31,985 nt of DNA from a virus (lineage: Duplodnaviria > Caudoviricetes). Of this stretch, positions 9,001 to 14,731 are shown piece after piece. The position numbers were made by a program, and so were the translations under genes. The notes below the pieces were generated by a model. That model was not told where the DNA came from, did not search any database, and saw only the letters and a list, made by a program, of their open reading frames with translations. The stretch spans positions 1-31,985 of the IMG/VR virus record IMGVR_UViG_3300023078_000005; one strand, written 5' to 3'. Positions within the stretch are counted from its first letter, which is position 1. The number at the start of each line of letters is the position of its first letter.

Positions 9001-10229
9001 GCCATCAGCGCGTTGTCGGGGGTGAACGTCTTGTCGCCGGTCACCGGGTCGGTGTGGTAGAGAGTGGACTTGTACTTGCCGGCGGAGTAGTCGAACTTGT
9101 TCATACCACTGGAGAACAGCTCCGTCTCGGCCGCGACTCCCTGGGTCGCCATCAAGTACTGGTAGGAGCGGAGGGCAATCCGGGACGCGCCCATGCCGAT
9201 GGAGTCCGCGATCTGAGTCGCGACACCAACTCCAGTGAGCCAGCCGGGACGACCGGCCCCCTCTTCATCAACATCGTACCAGCTGGACTCGCCGTCGCCG
9301 ACGCCAGAGACGCCGTCCTGGATCAGGTCGTACCCACCCTGCAGCACGTTCGTGACGGGGGAGAGGCTCTTCGTGAGGAGGCTCGTCGCGCCACCGACCC
9401 ACACGGTCGCCTGGGTGGTGCCGTTGAGCCCCGCCTCCCTGGCGGACTCGGCCTGCTCGTAGGTGCGGGCTGCCTGCGTCAGCCAGTCGTCGCGGTTCAA
9501 CACGTAGCCGATGCCGCCGGTGACCGCGCCGATCACGCCGCCCACGACGTTTCCCAGGCCGGGGAAGATCGTTCCTAGGCCAACACCAACAGCTGCACCA
9601 CCGCCCACGGACGCGAGGAACCCGGTCGCTTGCACCGCCTCGTTACCCGCGAACTCGTCGGCGGTCGCCTCGACCTCCTCCTGGAACTGCTTGCCGCTCT
9701 CGGCGTCGATGAAGAAGGTGTTCCGCTCGCTCCGAGCGTCAGTAACAGCATCGCGGAGACTCGTGCCACCGTTCGCGAACAACTGCTGCTTCGTCTTCGC
9801 GTCGAACAGCTGGTCCGCCATCATGGTGTCGGCGGTCGCCTCGTCGTACGACTGGTACAGGTTGCCGACCTTCTCGCCGTGGACGAACACGTCACCGAAC
9901 TCCCACCCCTCGCCCGGAGTGGCGTCGGTGGAGTCGTAGGTCGCGATCCCGGTCGCGTCAGAGTCGAGGAACTTCTCGTTCATGCGACCCTGGGCGGTCA
10001 TCGCCGCGTCGTGGTCGGCGCTGTCCTGGAAGAACGGGGTGTTGTAGCCACTGTCAGTGGACTGTGAGTTCGCACCGCCGTACCACTGAGACTTCTGCAG
10101 CAGGGAGTCGACGCCCGGACTACCGGAGCGAATAGCTTCCTGGTTCGCAGCGTCAGCTTGCTGCAGTCCCGCTGGCGCCGCCTGCTTCGCGCCCCAACCC
10201 GCTTGTTCCAACAGGTCGTCAGCGCTCAA
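1..10229 (-). CDS. Giant virion/ejection protein (>=3,409 aa, 3' end outside window) with putative two-barrel (double-psi beta-barrel) RNA polymerase motifs
   Basis: TTG at 10229-10227, with GAGGAG SD 6 nt upstream (10236-10241). Begins MSADDLLEQAGWGAKQ. Manual translation found no stop to position 3 (...SKKLRRK). Strong G/C third-position bias. All long + strand ORFs in 240-10067 are in its exact mirror frame, and the track reports no - strand ORF in this frame. Motifs: RYP (7791-7799), GADHDGD (7656-7676), GNK-x8-K (969-1004). The ORF is high confidence; RNAP function is inference. Confidence 0.9.
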   Translation of the reverse strand, partial: MSADDLLEQAGWGAKQAAPAGLQQADAANQEAIRSGSPGVDSLLQKSQWYGGANSQSTDSGYNTPFFQDSADHDAAMTAQGRMNEKFLDSDATGIATYDSTDATPGEGWEFGDVFVHGEKVGNLYQSYDEATADTMMADQLFDAKTKQQLFANGGTSLRDAVTDARSERNTFFIDAESGKQFQEEVEATADEFAGNEAVQATGFLASVGGGAAVGVGLGTIFPGLGNVVGGVIGAVTGGIGYVLNRDDWLTQAARTYEQAESAREAGLNGTTQATVWVGGATSLLTKSLSPVTNVLQGGYDLIQDGVSGVGDGESSWYDVDEEGAGRPGWLTGVGVATQIADSIGMGASRIALRSYQYLMATQGVAAETELFSSGMNKFDYSAGKYKSTLYHTDPVTGDKTFTPDNALMAMGSGLIDLAQSAVAKGFGQKITAAQDVRAAGVRGVPVKSTVEGGTKYTFGPGGTVESSRIAMASFVPSEFASRYSAKLVAKLTAPRGATISANDVYLAAQQLSSGERVIRNAMVNGFGEAYEEVLQTILDAGSFDRMASYEEISAAGVQGFAMGAGMSVGVNKHTLSADEKAKNIARTVQYTKGAGVQISDEQWDKLSPQQKAALQVSTPVADDSIRAASAQINTLLGAESAAVVPWIRERADLVAEASRLTETTQEKMYTLLSTQGAGVASDAHVVSLADAAQIIQSKIAAHRALAAEWAKLPEAKQPSPKRVAQNNDVLVELNDLLLDITKTGAAFVAAANDDERKVIINDLNQRLRNAYTGDGKQEYQPETIAATGRPRFDRAKRTTRMIAATNVLGRYPFTGANSFAMSGSLHVSAILTGNGSNGTIGVSQSVIEAAGADHDGDMGVQMAERMLDFEAFRNLRSGEFLMNTQEGIPIIRSRHQEAHLMKIAKRLLKEKRKSPSHGAAQLYIDRVSQRTLDLLKRVHSQSKSTKDLTFDYWPEYARIFNAFHRAVKRGDPDAIAQFREAFYASPILGEDIRAFQGIALRPFSLLLEDIAQEELSELGARAAALEHRDARPDQEGDELNQAGVNNVSQVLEERGATPLFDAAIVQEATDYFRVLGSFGYSATKSTAENQIVAGTPAQQHIADNLARVAQRAAEAAIDVVDNRDRIYTRVRNGLAYLAAVHNESYTRDSDNLLTLPQSMLAVARMMVPEVDEYGNLTGGVTTQIQQLFMMSILQEQRMQQGVADPDKKIATRFNALKKIAGQAHLAINEVLGPLTLGAMDVDAAVALGFPPGLTMEQAVAHVAAMGSAERTNWHATGLRTDSVKREGTSNYYSYDELEAGKVSAQRAMLDTIFEAANKRISLNKTTFAPIGDVAEAGHQLGAGMREAHTTLHAAIEESGIVTAHDGTVEKKQEVQRFLNANPDIATAILHHLPKDLRLIMMPLDASGFVRVNDSLYQYIMEKDSVKAEMMLLKIIIMKEWDALQAARKNGTLVYGKIRNRFVRLAYDLNVGTGGPMEAASFIVDLMAAESTEEFEKTVNKRYRQGNEAPYVAWMFDVRDWNQSGSADEYSHASVAMEIREGVRDLQERATRVAAALSQESFYREAKVKAISDIVYAKKSAQDPVAYRPDAGRTKRRTQLAALIKVNAERREALGVAATRDQAIWGAFGGESGGVDKGDTHPSLRARGLSIIRGSFPGFASTEELAMDGAVNIPFQAWLSNPGIALRDNIVVQFDDGREFALPKMDVDAITDALEATQDDPDAQDAIIAMLNIPVLERSISGDVLLPQAYEPNLSVLLEQDYYESMKDTSTAERAWKSIADISSALIVTNENYTDEWGNPARRDNNVVEMDQHIAVALTVEASMADAPLTIETDTQYNNAATLADSVAKRHIEVLNAAGASLNVDAGPDGKGGRLRGETVTDLTTGKTVELVTAVYNEVRRNQHKKLFRFLTKQADSTKAKTEMLDRLQGEHADLLKIMDLADEANDINTYERVGFLADLVLQKIQAFQDDDVFEAIVGMFSDSTSDTQREMFMAYIRSYPNIVNKVQYWDKSATRDIRDAMARGMSTKEILKFISPEQWELASRAVFGHYLGKSLSITTVGKNLPAVPPLDSQELDLWDPTLVRTLVKPLLDPTSPLVQESARRAAKTDETLTLTTYTKDELVDLVEKNIMGNIKQGHWNTLVPQLAAEKKQRPASAAAPGAVKAYGAETEGMVDLHGGTVNSLDVPAAGAESTIEISLAALQDKSHRIPYNVTLPDGSTAESSLAVRHLDGIAISGARAYYSVFDQDGKPVPIVSTGPDGEQLDHVNVFNSRPKDKKNPDGPRQVIDLGHEYAPLKFANPAEKARFGESRFRHTTTTQLAALMRDVSNSTDIVPGSLTFQIDIIAPVSRPEEKQWTHNVHYDGVKTGPAGPAVQRSLVAQSFYSGAGSLITGLSGSLGAAKKKLLAWASQATMPGAVREGFESLALIDYEGMLTAKADWLMDNQPGGGPVDPSDYKMLYQRMRLRHAVKGFEEQADGTFKPVLWTSDQVIAWQLTNPDKLLTDFPLKDAKVVHLSVPVLRRAFGSKTTTNNEKGHDFVDTGHKYIRPFYRFDDKVLARIPGLIATKEIENVDGTTSLAWDDGSVWKTRAFPFRAYTRNRLNPRTIEAGAESATRAAAVAHDVKAATFEKRVALGAKYDEVTARAWTRNQKRTFDLLQRVATLNVSHTIEGQQVEAYNPHAWTAGEETLVAIFDRVRDSSTSAAVYYYEAGRGKTSGDTHDLVPSNFQTVLRSEVYGLTSGDLFAVDLDSFAAGYDDTKTELQQKKELYDVLSEVIARRTPIIALGINERMVTEAVNLLNARGWKALDRPNGSVWVPPETEAMWDDATQNERALLSMSKKVVEIDPESHVVGLVLPGTSRYSTEEGALFLIPDNADSAPLNHEGIFVPTGTVRNFTPADPLTMDHVARVLQNDEILEHLTQLKLASGKIKDGTPEADAIRAEVRDRGARFVDRWAQQPTRAQGRNGELTSMFVIDDPLAPGDFYVEHQKTTGKILLRQIGYELPDENSAEPGKGMDWQFEQDLPGREGRGGLGIAIATTTVAEGATAYHGTVSGSPIPVPGGVRIPMRSSMQDYGNKTHDSQTALKQTVIPMPEVGPEFKLPDGGKAFSGRAVSVVGGRIAYDEKNAGENILESFRVSSGYLGHDLTRDLTFAVTGVDLHKETDADTARKAVTFMKEFFTNLPNTVPRLTDEQGFALLDGLNSYSGVAATLAAFNSTLSEATKQYAAVAGLNQVTIPEHTLARLIAIYMLTPGAKLDHVLFTSGTVSSEAVRAGKKSSSWPPFVYEWLDLQPSEPDPQKPSIRRHMFVHHVRPQITSMGYSIDENWLVHGSLPKNAKTKDYTDDFEAYFAFPSTFHIGKNPSLSRASQELYTPSELSNYNTGIIEAGIGATSVSMVGTVAKSKKLRRK

Positions 10230-10261
10230 CGGAGGCTCCTCTGGTAGTAGGGTGGGGCACA

Positions 10262-10279
10262 GCCCCAATTATAGGGGGC
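10262..10279 (-). promoter_or_regulatory. Putative promoter for the giant gene: TATAAT -10 box inside a short GC inverted repeat
   Basis: The - strand reads GCCCC-C-TATAAT-T-GGGGC. TATAAT is at 10273-10268, about 38 nt upstream of the TTG start. No consensus -35 at 17 bp. Confidence 0.55.
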
Positions 10280-10640
10280 AGTTGGCCGAGCACGGGGCGA
10301 CTTCCCCAAAGTTGGACTGAAAACACTGGCCACGACGGGACTCGGCCCCAGGACCGTCGGGCTCTCTCGTGGCTACTGGGTCCGATGCCCGGTGGTCGTG
10401 GAGGACCAGCGGGGACGGGGGAAACTACCCAGTACCTTCCCTGTTACTGGTGGAAACTTTCCAGAGACCATCCTTAAAACTATATTAAACATAAGAAACA
10501 ATAGTATACCCCCTTATACATATATAAATAGGGTGTTCGCATTATATTCAATTAACACATTTGTTTCTGATGTAACTATTAGTTTCTATTTTCTATTTTT
10601 GGTTTGGACTACCTATCTACCAGACCGGAAAGGCTCTATC

Positions 10641-11027
10641 ATGGATCCAGATCTGCTCATGCCACTTGGTATGACACCGGAGCGCATCACGGCTACTGCT
10701 CGTGCTCAAGAGATCGCTAGCGAATCTCAAAGCGCTCAGGCCATCCGTAACACTCAGCTGGCAGCTGCAGTTACGAGACTCAACGATCGTAGCGACAAGC
10801 GCAACGAGCGTCGGCTGGAGGACAATGCCAAGCTTGCTCGCAAGCTCTCGGCAACTGAACTTGACGTCGTCACTCAGACGCAGGTCAAGGTCATCACCGG
10901 TGCGGAGCGCAAGGCGCTCAAGGCTATCGCCAAGCACCGAAAGGACACTGTCAAGCGTTCTGTCAACGTACAGAACAAGCTCATCAAGCGGGCTACCGCT
11001 AAGCCTAAGAACAGTATGTTCTTCTAG
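10641..11027 (+). CDS. Basic, helical hypothetical protein (128 aa), isolated transcription unit
   Basis: GAAAGG SD before ATG 10641 (MDPDLLMPLG...KPKNSMFF). K/R-rich C-terminal half. Flanked by an AT-rich leader and a terminator. The track's 10392 start runs through AT-rich non-coding-looking DNA and is unlikely. Confidence 0.8.
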   Translation: MDPDLLMPLGMTPERITATARAQEIASESQSAQAIRNTQLAAAVTRLNDRSDKRNERRLEDNAKLARKLSATELDVVTQTQVKVITGAERKALKAIAKHRKDTVKRSVNVQNKLIKRATAKPKNSMFF

Positions 11028-11039
11028 GCAATTAACATT

Positions 11040-11097
11040 TAGCTAACCTTTATGGTTAGCTATTTGTTTTTTTTTATTTTTTTATTTTTTTTTCTTT
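11040..11097 (+). terminator. Intrinsic terminator with very long T tract
   Basis: TAGCTAACC-TTTAT-GGTTAGCTA perfect 9-bp stem (11040-11062), followed by about 35 nt of almost pure T. Confidence 0.85.
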
Positions 11098-11387
11098 ATA
11101 CAGTACTGTACATGACTGACCGACTTCCCAGCCACTAGGCGCTTGCCTCGCTGCTAAGCGAGGTGGGACCCAGGAGATCAGTTTATTTTTTAAAACTATT
11201 TATATAAACAAATACATATACAGTATGTATATCTATTGTTATTATCTATATTATTTTTAACTTAACTACGTGTGTCAACACGTCTAACTCAGAGTCCTGT
11301 GTTACAACACAGTGACTCATCGTGTCTGTGTGTCAACACAACTACTACTCGTGTAGCTGTCTCAGCTACCACGTTACCTTCTCTCCA

Positions 11388-11606
11388 GTCTTCCAGGAAG
11401 ACGGAAGAAATTTGGAAGACATCTCACCTGGTAGCTACCAGTTCTTCCGGTTCTTCCAGTTCTCCACTCGAACGTATGGGTATCAACTTCGAGAGTCATA
11501 CGTTTGAAAGGAGAACTGGAAGAACTGGAAGAACTAGTGTTTACCCTGGTAAACTACCAGATTTTTCTTCCATCCCAGTTCTTCACACTGGAAGAACTGG
11601 AAGAAC
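11388..11606. repeat. GGAAGAA/CTGGAAGAA repeat cluster containing a 39-bp inverted repeat
   Basis: Arms at 11440-11478 and 11497-11535 match at 35/39. Tandem CTGGAAGAA pairs at 11516-11533 and 11588-11605. Further GGAAGA copies on both strands. Confidence 0.9.
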
Positions 11607-11938
11607 AGTACTCTACCAGGAGATTCACTGCTCGTGGGCAGTGAGCGGGGATCTTATAAGGGGGTACCTGGTCGGGACGAGGAGGTCCGTCTGCCACTGG
11701 CGACGGCACACTCGTTCCCAGGACTGGGACTATATCTCTTACTCTGTGAAACTACAGGTTCCTGCTGGAACCGGTGGACTGCTGTCCACGCAACACTGCT
11801 GTGTTGCTACAAATAAAACTATATTTGGTAGGGGGTAAGAGGAATGAAATTAATTCTAATTATCTATTTAACTACTAAGGAGTTTGAGTGAGCACTCAAG
11901 CTACTTCTCCCTAGTGTCTCTGTGAGAGGAGATCAATC

Positions 11939-12280
11939 ATGCTCGTAGCAATCATCGCACTCTCCCTGTCGGTGTTCGTCCTCCTGTTCCTCGGCATCGC
12001 TGTAGCAGTGGAGTGGACCAACACTCGGCAGCGGTTGGTGAGCGTCACCCGTGAGGCTGACTCTCTCCACGCGTCGCTCGTCGCTCACATCCGTGAGCTC
12101 GACGACACCCGCAAGGAGGCCTTGGAGCTCCAGCGCCAGCGCCGTGCCATCGATCTCGATGTCGACGGCATGGTGCGAGAGCTCGCCCACCTCCGTGCGG
12201 AGCTGGCGGGGCGCAAGTTCCCCGAGCTGGACCAGGACTTCCTGGCCCACATCGCAGACGCTGTCAGCGTCGGCGACTAG
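11939..12280 (+). CDS. Membrane-anchored coiled-coil protein
   Basis: GAGGAG SD, hydrophobic N-terminal helix, heptad-like remainder. Confidence 0.85.
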   Translation: MLVAIIALSLSVFVLLFLGIAVAVEWTNTRQRLVSVTREADSLHASLVAHIRELDDTRKEALELQRQRRAIDLDVDGMVRELAHLRAELAGRKFPELDQDFLAHIADAVSVGD

Positions 12281-12285
12281 TCGCT

Positions 12286-12323
12286 GCAAGGCCCTCACTC
12301 TAGGACACGAGTGGGGGCCTTGC
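12286..12323 (+). other. Intergenic stem-loop without U tract
   Basis: GCAAGGCCCTCACTC / GAGTGGGGGCCTTGC, 15 bp with one G-U, loop TAGGACAC. Confidence 0.7.
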
Positions 12324-12358
12324 TGCTCCCTATTTACAACGAGTAAAGGAGTAGCACC

Positions 12359-12715
12359 ATGAGTGAAGAACAGCCGGAGACGGACTACTCAAGTTACGAG
12401 GCAGCGTTCGCTGCTCTCGACTTGCGCAAGGACGTCCACGAGGCGGGGACCACCCTCGTCTACAACCTCATCATGGACTGGTTGGCAGACCCGTCTTCGG
12501 GTCACACCAAGTCCACGATGAACCTCGCCAAGAGCATCGAGAACCTCCACGGCATGTACGTGGTCTCGATCCTAGAGATGTTCAAGGGCGCGCCAATGAG
12601 CGTGCTCAAGGCACCGCCCAGCAGGGCATCGGTGCTCCTGAACAGGATCTCGTGGGCACTGGCCGGGGCTCTCGCAGCCACGACCGCTGCCATCGTGATC
12701 CTCGCAGTCTCCTGA
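12359..12715 (+). CDS. Hypothetical protein with C-terminal transmembrane helix
   Basis: AAAGGAG SD; ends WALAGALAATTAAIVILAVS. Confidence 0.85.
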   Translation: MSEEQPETDYSSYEAAFAALDLRKDVHEAGTTLVYNLIMDWLADPSSGHTKSTMNLAKSIENLHGMYVVSILEMFKGAPMSVLKAPPSRASVLLNRISWALAGALAATTAAIVILAVS

Positions 12716-12870
12716 GACCGTAGGTCCGCTGCCACAGCGGCCTATGGAATAGGGAGCCTGTGGCGCTGTGGCGCACCTACGCCCGGCCCGCCGTCCTCGT
12801 GTTGCTACCACGAGCGCACCGGCGGGCCGGGTTACTATCAACCAATCCCTAGTAGAGAGAGTAGTGAATC

Positions 12871-13080
12871 GTGAATCACCCATACATGGATGTTGTTGTG
12901 ACCAAGGCAAAGAAGCCTGTCGGCCCGACTGTTCTCGTCGGCAACGTCGAGATCATCGAGGCTCGTTCCGAGTTCCACCCCAAGAAGCCCTTCGTGGTCT
13001 ATCGGGGTGAGAAGTTCATCGCGCGCATCAGCAAGAAGGAGCGCGACATGCTGGTCCAGAAGGCGAGGCTCATAGGATGA
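12871..13080 (+). CDS. Small basic hypothetical protein
   Basis: GTG start after a purine-rich tract, coding-like codon bias, ATGA overlap with the next gene. Confidence 0.75.
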   Translation: MNHPYMDVVVTKAKKPVGPTVLVGNVEIIEARSEFHPKKPFVVYRGEKFIARISKKERDMLVQKARLIG

Positions 13081-13322
13081 CTGCCCGCAAGATCTTCTGG
13101 TCGCTGCTGTACGTGGTAGCGGTAATCGCTATCATCGTGCTGGCTATCAAGCCCGGCCGCGACCTGCTGACACTCCCCATCGGGGTGGCTGCAGGTTTCG
13201 CTGGCTACCAGCTCTTCTGGCGCAAGCCAAAGCCCAAGACAATCGAAGACATCTGGGCTGAGCTGCAGCTGGAGGCTGATCGGGCGGCACGAGCCGCGTA
13301 TCGAGAGGACCCTAATGGCTGA
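13077..13322 (+). CDS. Small two-TM membrane protein
   Basis: Two hydrophobic segments; translationally coupled to its neighbours. Confidence 0.8.
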   Translation: MTARKIFWSLLYVVAVIAIIVLAIKPGRDLLTLPIGVAAGFAGYQLFWRKPKPKTIEDIWAELQLEADRAARAAYREDPNG

Positions 13323-13596
13323 CAACGGCGAGGCGCTAGCCAACTCCATCGTCGGCATCATCGCCAAGCACAACCCTCAAGTCCCGCTGTCTGTTGGCAT
13401 CGCCATTGCAGCGGAGATCATGAGTCGGTTGTCGCTCGACGAGTACCTAGTCCTGCACCACAGGGGCACGGACCAAGAACTCATTCAAGTGCAGCAGCCT
13501 GCGCAACTCGGCTTCTATGGAGCGAGCTACAAGCTCACCCCACTGGGAGCACGAGAGGTGGTACATCACCTCAAGATCCTGCCACCGCTGACATAA
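13315..13596 (+). CDS. Hypothetical protein
   Basis: GAGG SD, overlaps the upstream stop, 93 aa. Confidence 0.75.
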   Translation: MADNGEALANSIVGIIAKHNPQVPLSVGIAIAAEIMSRLSLDEYLVLHHRGTDQELIQVQQPAQLGFYGASYKLTPLGAREVVHHLKILPPLT

Positions 13597-13637
13597 TAGG
13601 TCTGACACACTTACTTCGGTAAGGGAAGGAGGACATC

Positions 13638-13709
13638 ATGGCGAACGGCTGGCTCTACCTGATCGTAGGCATTCTTGTTGGCGTAGTAGCTGTACTCGTC
13701 TTCACATAG
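13638..13709 (+). CDS. 23-aa single-TM micro-protein (not in ORF track)
   Basis: AAGGAGG SD, then ATG; MANGWLYLIVGILVGVVAVLVFT*. Confidence 0.75.
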   Translation: MANGWLYLIVGILVGVVAVLVFT

Positions 13710-13712
13710 CGT

Positions 13713-13797
13713 CCTGACCCATCGCATCTGCTAATGCGGGTCAGGCAAGCGGCAGCCCCACTCTCAATCCCGCAAGGGCGGTAGGGAGTGGGGCTGC
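13713..13797 (+). other. Two adjacent intergenic stem-loops
   Basis: CCTGACCC...GGGTCAGG and GCAGCCCCACTC...GAGTGGGGCTGC; no U tract. Confidence 0.65.
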
Positions 13798-13825
13798 TGC
13801 ATTAATAGCAACAGGAAAGGTAACA

Positions 13826-14377
13826 ATGCGTTTCATCGTAGCAGACGTAGAGACCACCGGTCTCGATCCTGCGAGAGACAAGCTACTGGAGTTCGGCGCC
13901 ATCATCCTCAACGAGGATTGGCAACCCCTCTCCGAAGCGGAGTTCGTCATCTCGCAACCCCAGTGGGCGCGTAAGGCCCTGCTCAGCAGGACCGACGACT
14001 TCGTCGTCAACATGCACACGGTCAACGGGTTGTGGGATGACGTGTACGGCCCATACGCACAGCCGCGCGGGATCGTAGACTCTAAGCTCGTCGAGTGGAT
14101 CTATAGCCACGTCGACGAGCAAGAGGAACTCAGGGTCGTGGGTAACAGCCTGCGCCTGGACCTCAACTTCATCGAGCACCAGCTCCCTGGAGTGCAGAAG
14201 CTCATCAGCTACAGGTCGATCGACGTGTCAGCTGTTGAGACGTTCGTCAACGAGGGTCTTGGCTTGTCTAAGTACCCGCGTCCCGATGTATCCAACCACA
14301 GGGCACTGGATGACGCACGCGAGTGCCTCAAGCAGTTGACCTTTCACCGTGACCAGCTCAAGGAGGCTATGTCATGA
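13826..14377 (+). CDS. DEDDh 3'-5' exonuclease, oligoribonuclease (Orn)-like
   Basis: ExoI DVETTGLDP, MHTVNGL, ExoII GNSLRLD, YRSIDVS and ExoIII HRALDD match the Orn motif series. Confidence 0.85.
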   Translation: MRFIVADVETTGLDPARDKLLEFGAIILNEDWQPLSEAEFVISQPQWARKALLSRTDDFVVNMHTVNGLWDDVYGPYAQPRGIVDSKLVEWIYSHVDEQEELRVVGNSLRLDLNFIEHQLPGVQKLISYRSIDVSAVETFVNEGLGLSKYPRPDVSNHRALDDARECLKQLTFHRDQLKEAMS

Positions 14378-14730
14378 TCAGCATTGACAAGCTGAGGAAG
14401 AAGGGCCTCGACTCGCTCGATGAACTTCGGACTCATATCGCAGGGATGGTGGTCACGTCGGAAGACGGTGAGCACCTGCTCTGGCTGGGGCCAATGTCGA
14501 CCTCTGCCTCTGGGCAGAAGATCGTTCACTACCCGGTCTACAAGTCGATCAACGTACAGCGCTTCCTCTACGAGGACGCTCTCGGTGGTGACACCGGCGG
14601 AGGTAGACTCAAGAAGCTCTGCGACATCGAGCGGTGCGTTCACCCGAACCACACCGACGCTCTCATCAAGGGTCAGAAGACCATTCCGCAAGACAAGCTC
14701 CTGAAGTTCCTCGACGAGCTGGGTCTGTAA
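14374..14730 (+). CDS. HNH endonuclease-like protein, probably catalytically degenerate
   Basis: LLWLG...VQRFLYE...LKKLCDIERCVHPNH follows the phage HNH pattern (W.W.G...HR..YE...DHLC....CVNP.H) but lacks the first His. Confidence 0.65.
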   Translation: MISIDKLRKKGLDSLDELRTHIAGMVVTSEDGEHLLWLGPMSTSASGQKIVHYPVYKSINVQRFLYEDALGGDTGGGRLKKLCDIERCVHPNHTDALIKGQKTIPQDKLLKFLDELGL

Positions 14731-14731
14731 C

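Noticed and set aside
10000-10025. SADHDAA in the giant protein's N-terminus as a second catalytic motif
   Set aside because: Lacks the GD and the upstream R-x-P; likely chance similarity.
240-10067. Long + strand ORFs (932, 703, 340, 282 aa and others)
   Set aside because: All are in the exact antisense mirror frame of the giant - strand gene. They are V/G/R/D-rich shadow products of high GC3 and lack SD or motifs.
11468-11483. Actinobacterial LexA box (TCGAAC half-site)
   Set aside because: The second half-site GTTCGA is absent at N4 spacing.
11388-11606. Possible CRISPR array, given the Cas4-like gene
   Set aside because: Repeats are 7-9 nt or inverted, with no regular spacers and no cas1/cas2. 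Solo Cas4-like nucleases are common in phage replication modules.
11272-11838. 188-aa + ORF with GRTGRT repeats
   Set aside because: Translation of the CTGGAAGAA repeats; no SD and no coding bias.
12720-12835. Possible tRNA gene
   Set aside because: Only two simple hairpins; no T-loop GTTCRA, D-loop or cloverleaf.
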